Positions 51,327-61,028 are shown, counted from the stretch's first letter. The stretch: 64,000 bases of DNA from Thalassobaculaceae bacterium (GCA_965228875.1 OZ245843.1:1470616-1534615); one strand, 5' to 3'. The notes: generated by a model from the letters alone, not told the origin. Translations and numbers: made by a program.

Positions 51327-51438
51327 GGCGCGATCGGGTCAGATCGAGGCGATCTGACCCGTGCATCGCCCTCCAAGCCACTGAAGGCAGAGCACAGTCA
51401 CACGACCAGATGCTTCCATCTGGTCGTGGTTTACCCTA
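51324..51438. repeat. 115-bp two-hairpin palindromic intergenic element (CIR/RIME/Bru-RS-like)
   Basis: TAGGG...CCCTA termini; hairpins CGGGTCAGATCG/CGATCTGACCCG (51335-51361) and CACGACCAGATG/CATCTGGTCGTG (51401-51428); partial second copy near 32500. Confidence 0.75.
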
Positions 51439-52656
51439 ATCCGCCGCGGCCGGCTGCGCTCTGGGCTCGGCCTCGGGACGTCGGATCGCCCAGGCCAGCG
51501 CCGACATGCCGAGGATGACCGCCACGACCGATCCGCCGAGCACGCCGACCCGGACCGCGGCCTGCGCCGCCGGATCGGAGAAGGCGAGCGTGCCGATGAA
51601 CAGGGACATGGTGAACCCGATGCCGGCGAGTTGGGCGGCGCCGTAGAGCTTGAGCCACGTGATCCCCTCCGGGAGCTGCGCCCAGCCGAACCGGACCGCA
51701 AGCAGGCAGCAGCCGAGAATGCCGATCGGCTTGCCGACGACCAGGCCGGCGGCGATGCCCAGCGGCAGCGGCGCGAACAGGTCGGCCAGTGACATGCCGG
51801 CCAGCGGAATGCCCGCGTTGGCGAAGGCGAACAGCGGCAGGATGAGGAACGCCACCCAGGGGTGCAGCATGTGCTCGAGATGCTCGAGCGGGGTCTCCCC
51901 CTCCTCGCCCTCGATCGGGATGGTGAAGGCGATCGCCACGCCGGCCAGGGTGGCGTGGACGCCCGACTTCAGCACCGCGACCCAGATGACGATGCCGATC
52001 AGAAGATAGGGCGCGATCCGACGCACGCCGACCAGGTTCAAGGCAATCAGGACGCCGAGCCCGACCGCGGCGACCGCCAGGGCGGGCAGCGACAGGTTGG
52101 CGGTATAGAACAAGGCGATCACCAGGATCGCGCCGAGGTCATCCAGAACCGCCAGGGCCAGCAGGAACACCTTCAGCGACGTCGGAACGCGCGTACCGAG
52201 CAGCGCCAGCGCGCCGAGAGCGAAGGCGATGTCCGTCGCCGCTGGAATGGCCCAGCCGTCCAGGTTCTCCGGCGTCGATACGTTCAGCGCGACGAAGATC
52301 AGCGCCGGCACCACCATGCCGCCGACCGCACCGATCGCCGGCAGCGCCGCCGCACTCATGGACGAGAGTTTCCCGCGCACCCGCTCGCGCTTGATCTCCA
52401 GGCCCACGAGAAAGAAAAAGATCGCCATCAGCCCGTCATTGATCCAGAGCAGCAGCGGCTTCTCGATGCCCACCCCCTCGACCGTGACCGCCACCACGGC
52501 GGTGAGCAACTGGTCGTAGAGACCGGCGAAGACGGAATTGTCCGCGATCAGGGCGACCACCGCCGCCAACGCCAGCAGAACGCCGGGAGTCGCTTCGTGA
52601 TGGATCAGGGCGGCAAGCCTGGCCCTGCCGTCCGCGAGATTGGGGGTCGTCGTCAT
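51436..52656 (-). CDS. nhaA: Na+/H+ antiporter NhaA
   Basis: WINDGLMAIFFFLVGLEIKRE, WAIPAATDIAF, LAVLDDLGAI, KSGVHAT, GIGFTMSLFI; alternative start 52668. Confidence 0.96.
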   Translation of the reverse strand: MTTTPNLADGRARLAALIHHEATPGVLLALAAVVALIADNSVFAGLYDQLLTAVVAVTVEGVGIEKPLLLWINDGLMAIFFFLVGLEIKRERVRGKLSSMSAAALPAIGAVGGMVVPALIFVALNVSTPENLDGWAIPAATDIAFALGALALLGTRVPTSLKVFLLALAVLDDLGAILVIALFYTANLSLPALAVAAVGLGVLIALNLVGVRRIAPYLLIGIVIWVAVLKSGVHATLAGVAIAFTIPIEGEEGETPLEHLEHMLHPWVAFLILPLFAFANAGIPLAGMSLADLFAPLPLGIAAGLVVGKPIGILGCCLLAVRFGWAQLPEGITWLKLYGAAQLAGIGFTMSLFIGTLAFSDPAAQAAVRVGVLGGSVVAVILGMSALAWAIRRPEAEPRAQPAAAD

Positions 52657-52722
52657 GGCGATCTCCATACCAGCGGATTGCAGCCCGCGATGTTCGAAGG
52701 GTTCGCCGTACTATCTAGGGAG

Positions 52723-53427
52723 TTATGCGCTGTTCGCCAGCCGGGGACCGGACGGATGGACGAGACGTTCGTGCACCGCCTGCTCCTGCGGGTTGAGACG
52801 CTCGAGGTCGCCGCGCTTCATGGCGACCGCCAGCGCGGTCATCTCCTCGGTCCATTTCGGGATGCACGACTGAAGCTCGGACAGGGCCCGGCGCATCTCG
52901 TTCAGCTTGTCCAGTTCGGCCTGGAGCTGGTCCTCGATCCCGGCCGCCCGCAGCTCTAGGTAATCGCGGTGATCCGGAAGGACCTGCGCGATCGCCGGCA
53001 GCACCGCGTTCACGTAGTTGCCGTCCGCCTCGATCCGCGAGGCGGACCGAAGGTTGAAGAACGACCATCCCTGGACCGACCCGAGACGATACGACCCGAG
53101 ATGGCAGACCTCGAACACGTACTGCGCCGGGTAGGACTGCGCCAGATCCTCCAGCGTGTGCATCGCCTTGGTCGAATTGACATAGGTTTCGCGCATCGCC
53201 TTGATCAGCACGTCCACCTTTGCCCGATGACGGCTGAAGAACGCGTGGTCCGATTTCATCTTGTCGTAGTTGCGCTCCTGCTTGCGCAGTTCCGCGCCCA
53301 GCTTCTCGGCGGACTTGTACGACCGGTCGAGCAGTTTCACATAGGCGCGGAACTGCTCGACCCGGTCCGACCCCTTTGCGGTCTCCTTCAGAAGCGTCGC
53401 GATATGCTGAGGAAGGTTCGACGACAT
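52723..53427 (-). CDS. Hypothetical helical/coiled-coil protein
   Basis: 234-aa ORF with natural composition filling the gap between nhaA and the Mo-subunit gene; no motif recognised. Confidence 0.7.
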   Translation of the reverse strand: MSSNLPQHIATLLKETAKGSDRVEQFRAYVKLLDRSYKSAEKLGAELRKQERNYDKMKSDHAFFSRHRAKVDVLIKAMRETYVNSTKAMHTLEDLAQSYPAQYVFEVCHLGSYRLGSVQGWSFFNLRSASRIEADGNYVNAVLPAIAQVLPDHRDYLELRAAGIEDQLQAELDKLNEMRRALSELQSCIPKWTEEMTALAVAMKRGDLERLNPQEQAVHERLVHPSGPRLANSA

Positions 53428-53582
53428 GGCCGTACCGGTTTGCCAACTCGGGGGTCGAGTATATCAACAGAATCGGTTTACGGATCCTTAATGCATTATG
53501 CTGGAACTCGGATGTTCCGACGTGCAAGGCTCGATACCGCCGGGTTCCGACCATCCGCCTCCTCACCTGCCAAAGGCCCACC

Positions 53583-55883
53583 ATGCATCGTTTCGAAGAC
53601 GCCCGACTGCTGACCGGCGGCGGCCGTTACGTCGAAGACGTCCGCCCCGCCGACGCTCTGGTCATGCGCGTGCTCCGCTCCCCCGTCGCGCATGGCCGGA
53701 TCGCCACCCTGAACGTTGACGACGCCCGCGCTCTCCCCGGCGTCGCCGCCGTCCTGACGGCGTCCGACCTCGTCGGTCTCGGCGTCGGACCGATGTCCTG
53801 TCGCTCGCCGGTCGACAACTCGGACGGCTCCGCGATGGTCGAGCCGCGCCGCCCGGTCCTGGCGGACGGGGAGGTGAAGTATGTCGGCCAGCCGGTCGCC
53901 GCCGTGATCGCGGAGAGCGAGGCCGCGGCCGACGACGCGCTGGAGCGCATCGACCTCGACATCGACGAGTTGGAGAGCGTCACCGATCCGGAGCGCGCGA
54001 TCGAAGGAGGCGTTCAGCTTTGGCCGGAGGCGCCTGGCAACGTCGCCATCGACTGGGAGAAGGGCAACCGCGCGGAGACCGAGGCCGCGTTCGCCCGCGC
54101 CGCGCACGTGATCGAACTGACGGTCCGCCATCCCCGCGTGGCGATCCAGCCGATCGAGACCCGCGGCAGCATCGGTGCCTACGATCCGGAGAGCGGCCGC
54201 TATACGCTCACGACCCCGTCCCAGGGTGTGATGTCGCTGAAAGGGGCAATGGCCGACTATCTTGGAGTCGAGCCGGAGAAACTGCGCGTCGTCACCGAGG
54301 ATGTCGGCGGCAGTTTCGCGGTGAAGATCTGGCCCTATCCCGAGCAGGTGCTCAGCCTCGCCGCGGCGAAGGCGACGGGACGTCCGGTCGCCTGGCAGGG
54401 CTCGCGCACCGAGAGTTTCGTGTCCGACGCCATGGGCCGCGGCCGCGTCGACCGGGCGGCGCTCGCGCTCGATGCCGACGGTCGGTTCCTCGCCTTCAAG
54501 ATCGACGCCCTCGCCGATATCGGCGCCTACTGGAACGCGGTGAACCCGTCCATCGTCACCACCGGCGCCGTGCGGACCTTCGGTCACTGCTACCGGATCC
54601 CCGGGCTGCACTACCGGGTGCGGGGCGTGTTCACCAACGCGATGATGACCGACGCCTATCGCGGCGCCGGCAAGCCGGAGAGCGGCGGCACGCTTGAGCG
54701 CCTGATCGATGTCGCGGCGGACCGCCTCGGCATCGACCGCATGGACCTGCGCCGGCGCAACCTCATCACCCCGGATCTGCTGCCCTACACCACGCCGATG
54801 AGCGAGACCATCGACGGCGGCGATTTCCCGAACGTGTTCGCCCGCATTCAGGAGATCAGCGAGGCCGAAGGTATTTCCCGCCGCAAGGCCGACAGCGAGC
54901 GGGCCGGCATGCTGCGCGGTTTCGCCATCGGCACCCATATGCATGCCACCGGCGGCTCCGTCGCCGAGCGATCGGAGGTCCGCGCCCTGCCGGACGGGAC
55001 CGTGCTGGTCCGCACCGGGACCCAGGACTCCGGCCAGGGCCACCGCACCGCGCTGGCGCTGGTCGCCGCGGAAACCCTGGAGATCCCGGTCGAGCGCATC
55101 CGCGTCGAGCAGGGCGACAGCGACGTTCTCACCAAGGGCGGCGGCACCGGCGGCTCCAACCTGATGCCGATCGCCGCCAACACGGTGCACCGCACGGCGC
55201 TGCACATGCTGGACAAGGCCAAGCAGGTCGCCGGCCACCTGCTCGAGGCCGCCCCGGTGGACATCGAATACGGGCTCGGCGATTTCCGGATCGCCGGCAC
55301 CGACCGCAAGCTCAGCCTCGCGGAGGTCGCCGCCGGCTGGGACACGATCCCGCCGGAACAGTATGACGGCGATCTCGGCACCGGGTGCATGGCCCAACTC
55401 GACTTCGAAGGCCTGCACACGACCTTCCCGAACGGCTCCTACGCCGTCGAGGTCGAGGTCGATCCGGGCACCGGCGATGTCCGGATCGACCGGTTTTCCG
55501 GCGTCGACGATCTGGGACGGGTCATCAACGAGGCGACCGCTCTCGGCCAGCTCCACGGCGGCATCGGCCAGGCCATCGGCGAAGCGCTGATGGAGGCCAT
55601 GGTGCACGACCCGGAATCCGGTCAGGTGCTGTCCGGTTCGCTTATGGACTACGCCCTGCCCCGCGCCGACGACATGCCGATGCTCGACCTGCACTGGGCG
55701 CCCACGGCGAGCCCGAACAGCCTGATCGGCGCCAAGGGGGTCGGCGAGGTATCGTCCATCGGCGCACCGGGGGTGATCGTCAATGCCGTGCTCGACGCCC
55801 TGCGCCCGCTCGGCATTGAGCATCTGGACATTCCCCTCACGCCTGAGAAAGTCTGGAGAGCAATTCACGACGCCAAGGCCTGA
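53583..55883 (+). CDS. Xanthine dehydrogenase-family molybdopterin large subunit (CoxL form II-like)
   Basis: EDARLLTG.GRYVED, VGGSF, AYRGAGKPE, SGQGH, GQLHGG, DYALPRA, GAKGVGE. Confidence 0.9.
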   Translation: MHRFEDARLLTGGGRYVEDVRPADALVMRVLRSPVAHGRIATLNVDDARALPGVAAVLTASDLVGLGVGPMSCRSPVDNSDGSAMVEPRRPVLADGEVKYVGQPVAAVIAESEAAADDALERIDLDIDELESVTDPERAIEGGVQLWPEAPGNVAIDWEKGNRAETEAAFARAAHVIELTVRHPRVAIQPIETRGSIGAYDPESGRYTLTTPSQGVMSLKGAMADYLGVEPEKLRVVTEDVGGSFAVKIWPYPEQVLSLAAAKATGRPVAWQGSRTESFVSDAMGRGRVDRAALALDADGRFLAFKIDALADIGAYWNAVNPSIVTTGAVRTFGHCYRIPGLHYRVRGVFTNAMMTDAYRGAGKPESGGTLERLIDVAADRLGIDRMDLRRRNLITPDLLPYTTPMSETIDGGDFPNVFARIQEISEAEGISRRKADSERAGMLRGFAIGTHMHATGGSVAERSEVRALPDGTVLVRTGTQDSGQGHRTALALVAAETLEIPVERIRVEQGDSDVLTKGGGTGGSNLMPIAANTVHRTALHMLDKAKQVAGHLLEAAPVDIEYGLGDFRIAGTDRKLSLAEVAAGWDTIPPEQYDGDLGTGCMAQLDFEGLHTTFPNGSYAVEVEVDPGTGDVRIDRFSGVDDLGRVINEATALGQLHGGIGQAIGEALMEAMVHDPESGQVLSGSLMDYALPRADDMPMLDLHWAPTASPNSLIGAKGVGEVSSIGAPGVIVNAVLDALRPLGIEHLDIPLTPEKVWRAIHDAKA

Positions 55884-55949
55884 ACGGGTGACCCGATCGG
55901 TTCGCCCGACCCGCACGATCAAGCAAGACCAACAAACGAGGAAACGATC

Positions 55950-57596
55950 ATGACCGGCTCCGTTCGCATGTCCGGCGGCGAGGCGATGGTGAAGGCACTG
56001 ACCGCGCACGGGATCGACACCGTGTTCGGCCTGCCCGGCATCCAGCTCGACCACCTGTTCAACGCCTTCCACGACCACGCGAACGAGATCCGGGTGCTGA
56101 ACGCCCGCCACGAGCAGGGCACGGCCTACATGGCCTTCGGCTGGGCCCAGTCCACAGGCAAGGTCGGCGCCTATGCCGTGGTTCCCGGCCCCGGCATTCT
56201 CAACACCGGTGCCGCGCTCTCCACCGCGTACGGCTGCAGCGCCAAGGTCCTGGCCCTGACCGGACAGATCAATTCCGACGCCATGGGCCGTGGCTTCGGC
56301 ATGCTGCACGAGATCCCGGACCAGATCGGCATCCTGGAGCGGCTGACCAAGTTCGCCGCCCGTGCCGATCATCCGAGCGAGGTGCCCGGCGTCGTCGCCG
56401 ACGCCTTCCGGGCGATGTACTCCGGTCGCCCCCGGCCGGCGGCGATCGAGGTGCCTATGGACGTCCTGGCCCAGCAGGCCATGGTCGCCGAGGTGGCGCC
56501 CCACGCGATCGCGCACCCCGAACCGGACCCCGACCTGATCGAGCGCGCGGCCAAGCTGCTCGGTGGTGCGAAGAACCCGATGATCCTGGTCGGCGGCGGC
56601 GCCTACGACGCCTGGGAGGCGGTGCGCGAGCTGTCGGCGGCGCTGGAGGCGCCGGTGGTCTCCTATCAGAACGGCCGCGGCATCATCGACGAGCGCTCCC
56701 CCTACGCCCTGCCGCACCCGGCCGGCGCCGAATACTGGAGCACCTGCGACGTGGCCATCGGCATCGGCTGCCGCATGCAGCCGGAACGAATGATGTGGGG
56801 CACCGACGACGACCTGAAGATCATCCACATCGACCTGGACCCGACCGAGATCGCCCGGATCGGCACGCCGACCGTCGGAATCCTGGCGGATGCGGACACC
56901 GCGACCCGGGCGATCCTGTCGGCCCTGGCGAAGCACAACACCGCCCGCGCCTCGCGCGCCGAGGGGTTCGCCGAGCTCAAGGCCCGATACTGGCAGAAGT
57001 TCCACGACATCTGCGGCCCGCAGATGGCCTTCCTGGAGGCGCTGCGCCGGGCTCTGCCGGAGGATGGCCTGTTCGTCGACGAGTTCACCCAGGTCGGCTA
57101 TGTCAGCCGCGTCGGCTTCCCGGTCTACGGTCCGCGCATGATGGTCACGCCGGGCTACCAGGGCACCCTCGGCTACGGCTACGCGACGGCGCTCGGCGTC
57201 CAGGCGGCGCATCCCGACCGGCCGGTGCTGTCGGTCAACGGCGACGGCGGCTTCATGTTCACCTCGAACGAGATCGCGACCGCCGTCCACCACGGCCTGC
57301 CCCTGGTCGCGGTGGTGTTCGCCGACGGCGCGTACGGCAACGTCCTGCGCATGCAGAAGCAGTTGCACGACAACCGGGTCATCGCCTCGACCTTCACCAA
57401 CCCGGACTTCGTCAAGCTGGCCGAGGCCTACGGCGCCGACGGCCGGCGGGCGGAGACTCCGGACGATCTGGCGGTCCAGGTGACGGAGGCCTTCGCCGCC
57501 CGACGCCCGACCGTGATCGAAGTGCCCGTCGGCGAGATGCCCGAACCCTGGGATGTGATTAGGCCGACGGCGACGCGGGGCCATATGAAGGGCTGA
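55950..57596 (+). CDS. Thiamine-diphosphate-dependent enzyme (acetolactate synthase superfamily)
   Basis: VFGLPG, ARHEQ, PGPG, GTLGYG, GDGGFMF...YGNV. Confidence 0.9.
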   Translation: MTGSVRMSGGEAMVKALTAHGIDTVFGLPGIQLDHLFNAFHDHANEIRVLNARHEQGTAYMAFGWAQSTGKVGAYAVVPGPGILNTGAALSTAYGCSAKVLALTGQINSDAMGRGFGMLHEIPDQIGILERLTKFAARADHPSEVPGVVADAFRAMYSGRPRPAAIEVPMDVLAQQAMVAEVAPHAIAHPEPDPDLIERAAKLLGGAKNPMILVGGGAYDAWEAVRELSAALEAPVVSYQNGRGIIDERSPYALPHPAGAEYWSTCDVAIGIGCRMQPERMMWGTDDDLKIIHIDLDPTEIARIGTPTVGILADADTATRAILSALAKHNTARASRAEGFAELKARYWQKFHDICGPQMAFLEALRRALPEDGLFVDEFTQVGYVSRVGFPVYGPRMMVTPGYQGTLGYGYATALGVQAAHPDRPVLSVNGDGGFMFTSNEIATAVHHGLPLVAVVFADGAYGNVLRMQKQLHDNRVIASTFTNPDFVKLAEAYGADGRRAETPDDLAVQVTEAFAARRPTVIEVPVGEMPEPWDVIRPTATRGHMKG

Positions 57597-57621
57597 TCGC
57601 CACCTGTCGGAGAACAGACGC

Positions 57622-58305
57622 ATGTCCGAGAAAACCGCCCTGATCGTCGGCGCCGGCGCGGGGCTCAGCGCCTCGCTGGCGCGCAAGTTCGCCACGAACG
57701 GCTATCGGGTGGCGCTGGCCGCCCGCGACCCGGGCAAGCTCGAGGCGCTGGTCGCCGAGACTGGCGCCCGGGCCTATGCCTGCAACGCCGCCTCGCCCGA
57801 GGAGATGGCCGCCCTGTTCGCGGCGGTGGACAAGGACCTCGGGGAGCCGGAGGTCGCCGTCTACAACCCGTCGGCCCGGGTGCGCGGGCCGGTTCAGGAA
57901 CTCGACCCGGACAAGGTGCGCGACGCCATCCTGATCTCCGGCTACGGCGCCTTTCTCATGGCGCAGGAAGCGGTGAAGCGCATGCTGCCGAAGAACGCCG
58001 GCTGTCTGCTGTTCACCGGCGCGTCGGCGGGGGTGAAGGGATTCGCCAACTCCTCCAGCTTCGCCATGGGCAAGTTCGCGTTGCGTGGCCTCGCCCAGGC
58101 GCTGGCCCGCGAACTTCATCCCCAGGGCATCCATGTCGGCCATTTCGTGATCGACGGCGGAATCGCGTCGTCCTATGGCGTCAGAGAGGACGACGGCACC
58201 TTGAGCCCCGACGCCATCGCCGAGAGCTACTGGCAGTTCGTGAACCAGCACCGCAGCGCCTGGGCATGGGAGATCGAACTGCGGCCCTGGGTGGAGAAAT
58301 TCTGA
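57622..58305 (+). CDS. SDR-family oxidoreductase
   Basis: IVGAGAGL, FTGASA, FAMGKFALRGLAQ, HVGHFVIDG, ELRPWVEKF. Confidence 0.9.
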   Translation: MSEKTALIVGAGAGLSASLARKFATNGYRVALAARDPGKLEALVAETGARAYACNAASPEEMAALFAAVDKDLGEPEVAVYNPSARVRGPVQELDPDKVRDAILISGYGAFLMAQEAVKRMLPKNAGCLLFTGASAGVKGFANSSSFAMGKFALRGLAQALARELHPQGIHVGHFVIDGGIASSYGVREDDGTLSPDAIAESYWQFVNQHRSAWAWEIELRPWVEKF

Positions 58306-58354
58306 GCCCTCACCGCCGGGCCTTGCCCCGACGATCCGCGTAGCGCACAAGGGA

Positions 58355-59398
58355 ATGATGGATCGCTTCGAGTTCCGCCCTCCCATTCTCAGCGCACCCG
58401 ACTCTCCGGACGCCTACGACCTCGACGCGCCGGGGGCCTATGTGCGGATACCGCCGGAGCGTTTCGCCAGGCTGGCCCGGTGGGCCGAGGTGGCCGGCGC
58501 GGATCCGGCGCGGACCGCCATGGCTCGGGGAAAAATCGACCGGCTGGCGTCCGGCCGCGACGCCCGACGCGCCGCGTTGACCCCGCCGCGGGGCCGGCTG
58601 GCGATCGATGTCGGCGGTCGGCGCCTCGTCTTCGCGGTCGACGAGCGGGTGTCCCGCGACTTCTTCGCCAGGGTTCTGCGACGGGATGACGCCGGGCGCT
58701 TCCTCGACCATGAGCCGGCCGTGCTGCGCACGCTGAACAGCCGTATGCGGCCCGGGGTCCTACTGGTCGATATCGGAGCGCATGTCGGCTACTTCAGCTG
58801 CTTCGCCGCCGCCCTCGGCGCGACCGTGCTGGCGGTGGAGATGCAACCGACCCTGTGCGATGCGATCTCCGTGAACGCCGCCGTCAACGATCTCTGGCGC
58901 GTTCACACGCTCTGCGCGGCCCTGGGCGCCGAGCCCGGCATGGCGCAGCTGATACGCCTGAATCCGCAGCCGGGCATGCAGGTCCAGTCGGAGAAGGTGG
59001 CCGCCGGTTGGTGTCCGATCGACAGCCTGAACCACGACATGGTCGCGATGCTGACCGTCGACCAGATCCTGTCGATGCCGCAGGCCGCTTCGGTGCGCGA
59101 CACCCTCGTCAAGGTCGACGTCGAAGGGGCGGAGGCTCTCGTGCTCTCTGGCGCCCGCCGGACGATCGCGACGGGCGCCGCGACCTTCGTGGTCGAGGTC
59201 CATCCGCAATCGCTGCACACTTTCGGCGGGTCCGTCGCCGACGTGGTTGCCGCCTTCCCCGGCGACCGGTGGCGTCATGTGCTGATGCAGGGCGCCGGCG
59301 ACCGGGAACTGGCCGCCGATCGCACCCTCGGCGAGATCGACGCGGCCAAGGCCGGCGACCCTTCCGGCAACGTCACCGTCCGTTTCGAGCCTCGCTGA
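58355..59398 (+). CDS. FkbM-family methyltransferase (paralogue A)
   Basis: HEP, VDIGAHVGYFS, VLAVE, VKVDVEGAEALVLSGA, VVEVH. Confidence 0.88.
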   Translation: MMDRFEFRPPILSAPDSPDAYDLDAPGAYVRIPPERFARLARWAEVAGADPARTAMARGKIDRLASGRDARRAALTPPRGRLAIDVGGRRLVFAVDERVSRDFFARVLRRDDAGRFLDHEPAVLRTLNSRMRPGVLLVDIGAHVGYFSCFAAALGATVLAVEMQPTLCDAISVNAAVNDLWRVHTLCAALGAEPGMAQLIRLNPQPGMQVQSEKVAAGWCPIDSLNHDMVAMLTVDQILSMPQAASVRDTLVKVDVEGAEALVLSGARRTIATGAATFVVEVHPQSLHTFGGSVADVVAAFPGDRWRHVLMQGAGDRELAADRTLGEIDAAKAGDPSGNVTVRFEPR

Positions 59399-59416
59399 CC
59401 GTGCGCCCCGGCGCCG

Positions 59417-60502
59417 TCAGTCGCGCGGGGTGAAGAGGAGCGAACCGGGCAGGGAGTCGGCATCGGGCGGTCGGTTGGCGGCGATGTCGAGCACCGTCGC
59501 CCGGTCGACCTCCCGGTCGACCTCCTCTTCCAGCATCGTGCAGCTCCAACCGTCCTCGGGAAAGGCATCGAGGATCTCGGACAGCGTCGTGCCGAACATC
59601 GACATCGTCAGAATGTGGCATTCGACGATGAACGACGCCCGCCGTTCCGCCAGGGTCCGGTGCGCGCCCGACAGGACCATCCCCTCCGCGCCTTCGGCGT
59701 CGATCTTCACGATCGTCGACCGCGGCGCCGCCTCCTGCGGGAACGACAGCAGCTGGTCGACGGTCGAGACCGTTACGAGATCGTGATTGAGGCTGCGCAC
59801 CGGGTGCCAGCCCCAGCCGGGATCGAGCCGCTGGGAGTGGATCTTGGTGCCGGGTCTAGGCTCGAACCGCCAGAGCTGGGCGATACCGGCCTCGCCGCTC
59901 AATGCCGTGCACACGGTGTGCACCCGCCACAGGTTGTTCATCGCCGCGTTCATGGCGATGGCGTCGCACAGAGTCGGCTGCATCTCGACGGCGAGCACGG
60001 TGGCGCCGAGGGCGGCCGCATAGCAGCTGAAGTAGCCGACATGGGCGCCGACATCGACGACCAGAGTGTCCGGCCCGGCGAGCCGCTTGAGCGCGCGCTG
60101 AACGCCAGGTTCATGGATAAGATAGCGACCGTCCTGCCCGCGCTTCATGACCCGCAGGAAGAAGTCCCCGGAGACCCACATCTCCAGGCCGAACTTCAGC
60201 CGCACGCCATCGAGGTCGACGTCGACCGCCTTGTCCGGAAACGTCAGGCCCTTGCGCCGCGCCGCCCAGCCGTTACGCACCCGCAGGGCGAAGCTCCGCA
60301 GGTCGTCGAGCGCCTCGCTGGGACCGCTCAGGATCTCCGCCCAGCGCAGAACCCGCAGGAACGTCGCCGGCGTCCCGGACAGCGCCCACTCCGTCGCGTC
60401 AACCGCGTAGGACCGGACATCGCCGGGATCCTGAACCGCGGCCGCGCGGATTTGATCGAGATGCACGCGCATCCGCTCCCCTTGCATTCCGGGCTCGCTC
60501 AT
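59417..60502 (-). CDS. FkbM-family methyltransferase (paralogue B)
   Basis: HEP, VDVGAHVGYFS, VLAVE, VKIDAEGAEGMVLSGA, IVECH. Confidence 0.88.
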   Translation of the reverse strand: MSEPGMQGERMRVHLDQIRAAAVQDPGDVRSYAVDATEWALSGTPATFLRVLRWAEILSGPSEALDDLRSFALRVRNGWAARRKGLTFPDKAVDVDLDGVRLKFGLEMWVSGDFFLRVMKRGQDGRYLIHEPGVQRALKRLAGPDTLVVDVGAHVGYFSCYAAALGATVLAVEMQPTLCDAIAMNAAMNNLWRVHTVCTALSGEAGIAQLWRFEPRPGTKIHSQRLDPGWGWHPVRSLNHDLVTVSTVDQLLSFPQEAAPRSTIVKIDAEGAEGMVLSGAHRTLAERRASFIVECHILTMSMFGTTLSEILDAFPEDGWSCTMLEEEVDREVDRATVLDIAANRPPDADSLPGSLLFTPRD

Positions 60503-60821
60503 TGGTGTGCCGCGTCGGAGGCAGCAGACGCGCGCCGCACAATCACCGACAAGCGTCAGATATCATTACGCTATTGGAATTGAAAGGAGTAATGGGATCA
60601 TGCGGTCGCGCGATTGTAATCACAGTGTCAAATATTGTTGATCGACAATTTCATCGTTAACGCTTACGAATCGGCAAAGTCCCGGTGGGACTGGCATCGT
60701 CTGAGGAGACGGAGCGAGACGTCGCTCCACGTGCGTGCGGACGCCTCTCGAAGGCCCCTCGAACGTCCTGAGAGGGTGTACTTTCAAGACTGGTGGACGC
60801 GCCGCGCGGAGTGCATATCGA

Positions 60822-61028
60822 ATGGCCACTGGCACGGTAAAGTGGTTCAACACCACTAAGGGTTACGGGTTCATCAAGCCGGATGACGGCGGCGCGGACG
60901 TGTTCGTCCACATCACCGCCGTGCAGCGTTCCGGCATGCAGGGCCTTGATGAAGGACAGGCGATCGCCTACGAGCTGAAGCCGCAGCGTAACGGAAAGAT
61001 GGCGGCTGAGGATCTCAGCCCTCTCTGA
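60822..61028 (+). CDS. cspA: Cold-shock protein
   Basis: MATGTVKWFNTTKGYGFI..DVFVHITAV (RNP1/RNP2), 68 aa. Confidence 0.95.
   Translation: MATGTVKWFNTTKGYGFIKPDDGGADVFVHITAVQRSGMQGLDEGQAIAYELKPQRNGKMAAEDLSPL

Noticed and set aside
53583..55883. Calling the Mo subunit a true aerobic CO dehydrogenase
   Set aside because: It lacks the form I AYxCSFR motif and coxMS or accessory genes.
53496..57695. 1399-aa minus-strand ORF, and other very long antisense ORFs (13611-16466, 20341-23334, 43436-45526)
   Set aside because: Shadow frames of well-supported genes on the opposite strand; expected from high-GC codon bias and lacking motifs.
60592..60660. 22-codon ORF behind an AAGGAG motif
   Set aside because: RBS spacing is too short and codon usage is AT-rich and atypical; more likely promoter sequence.
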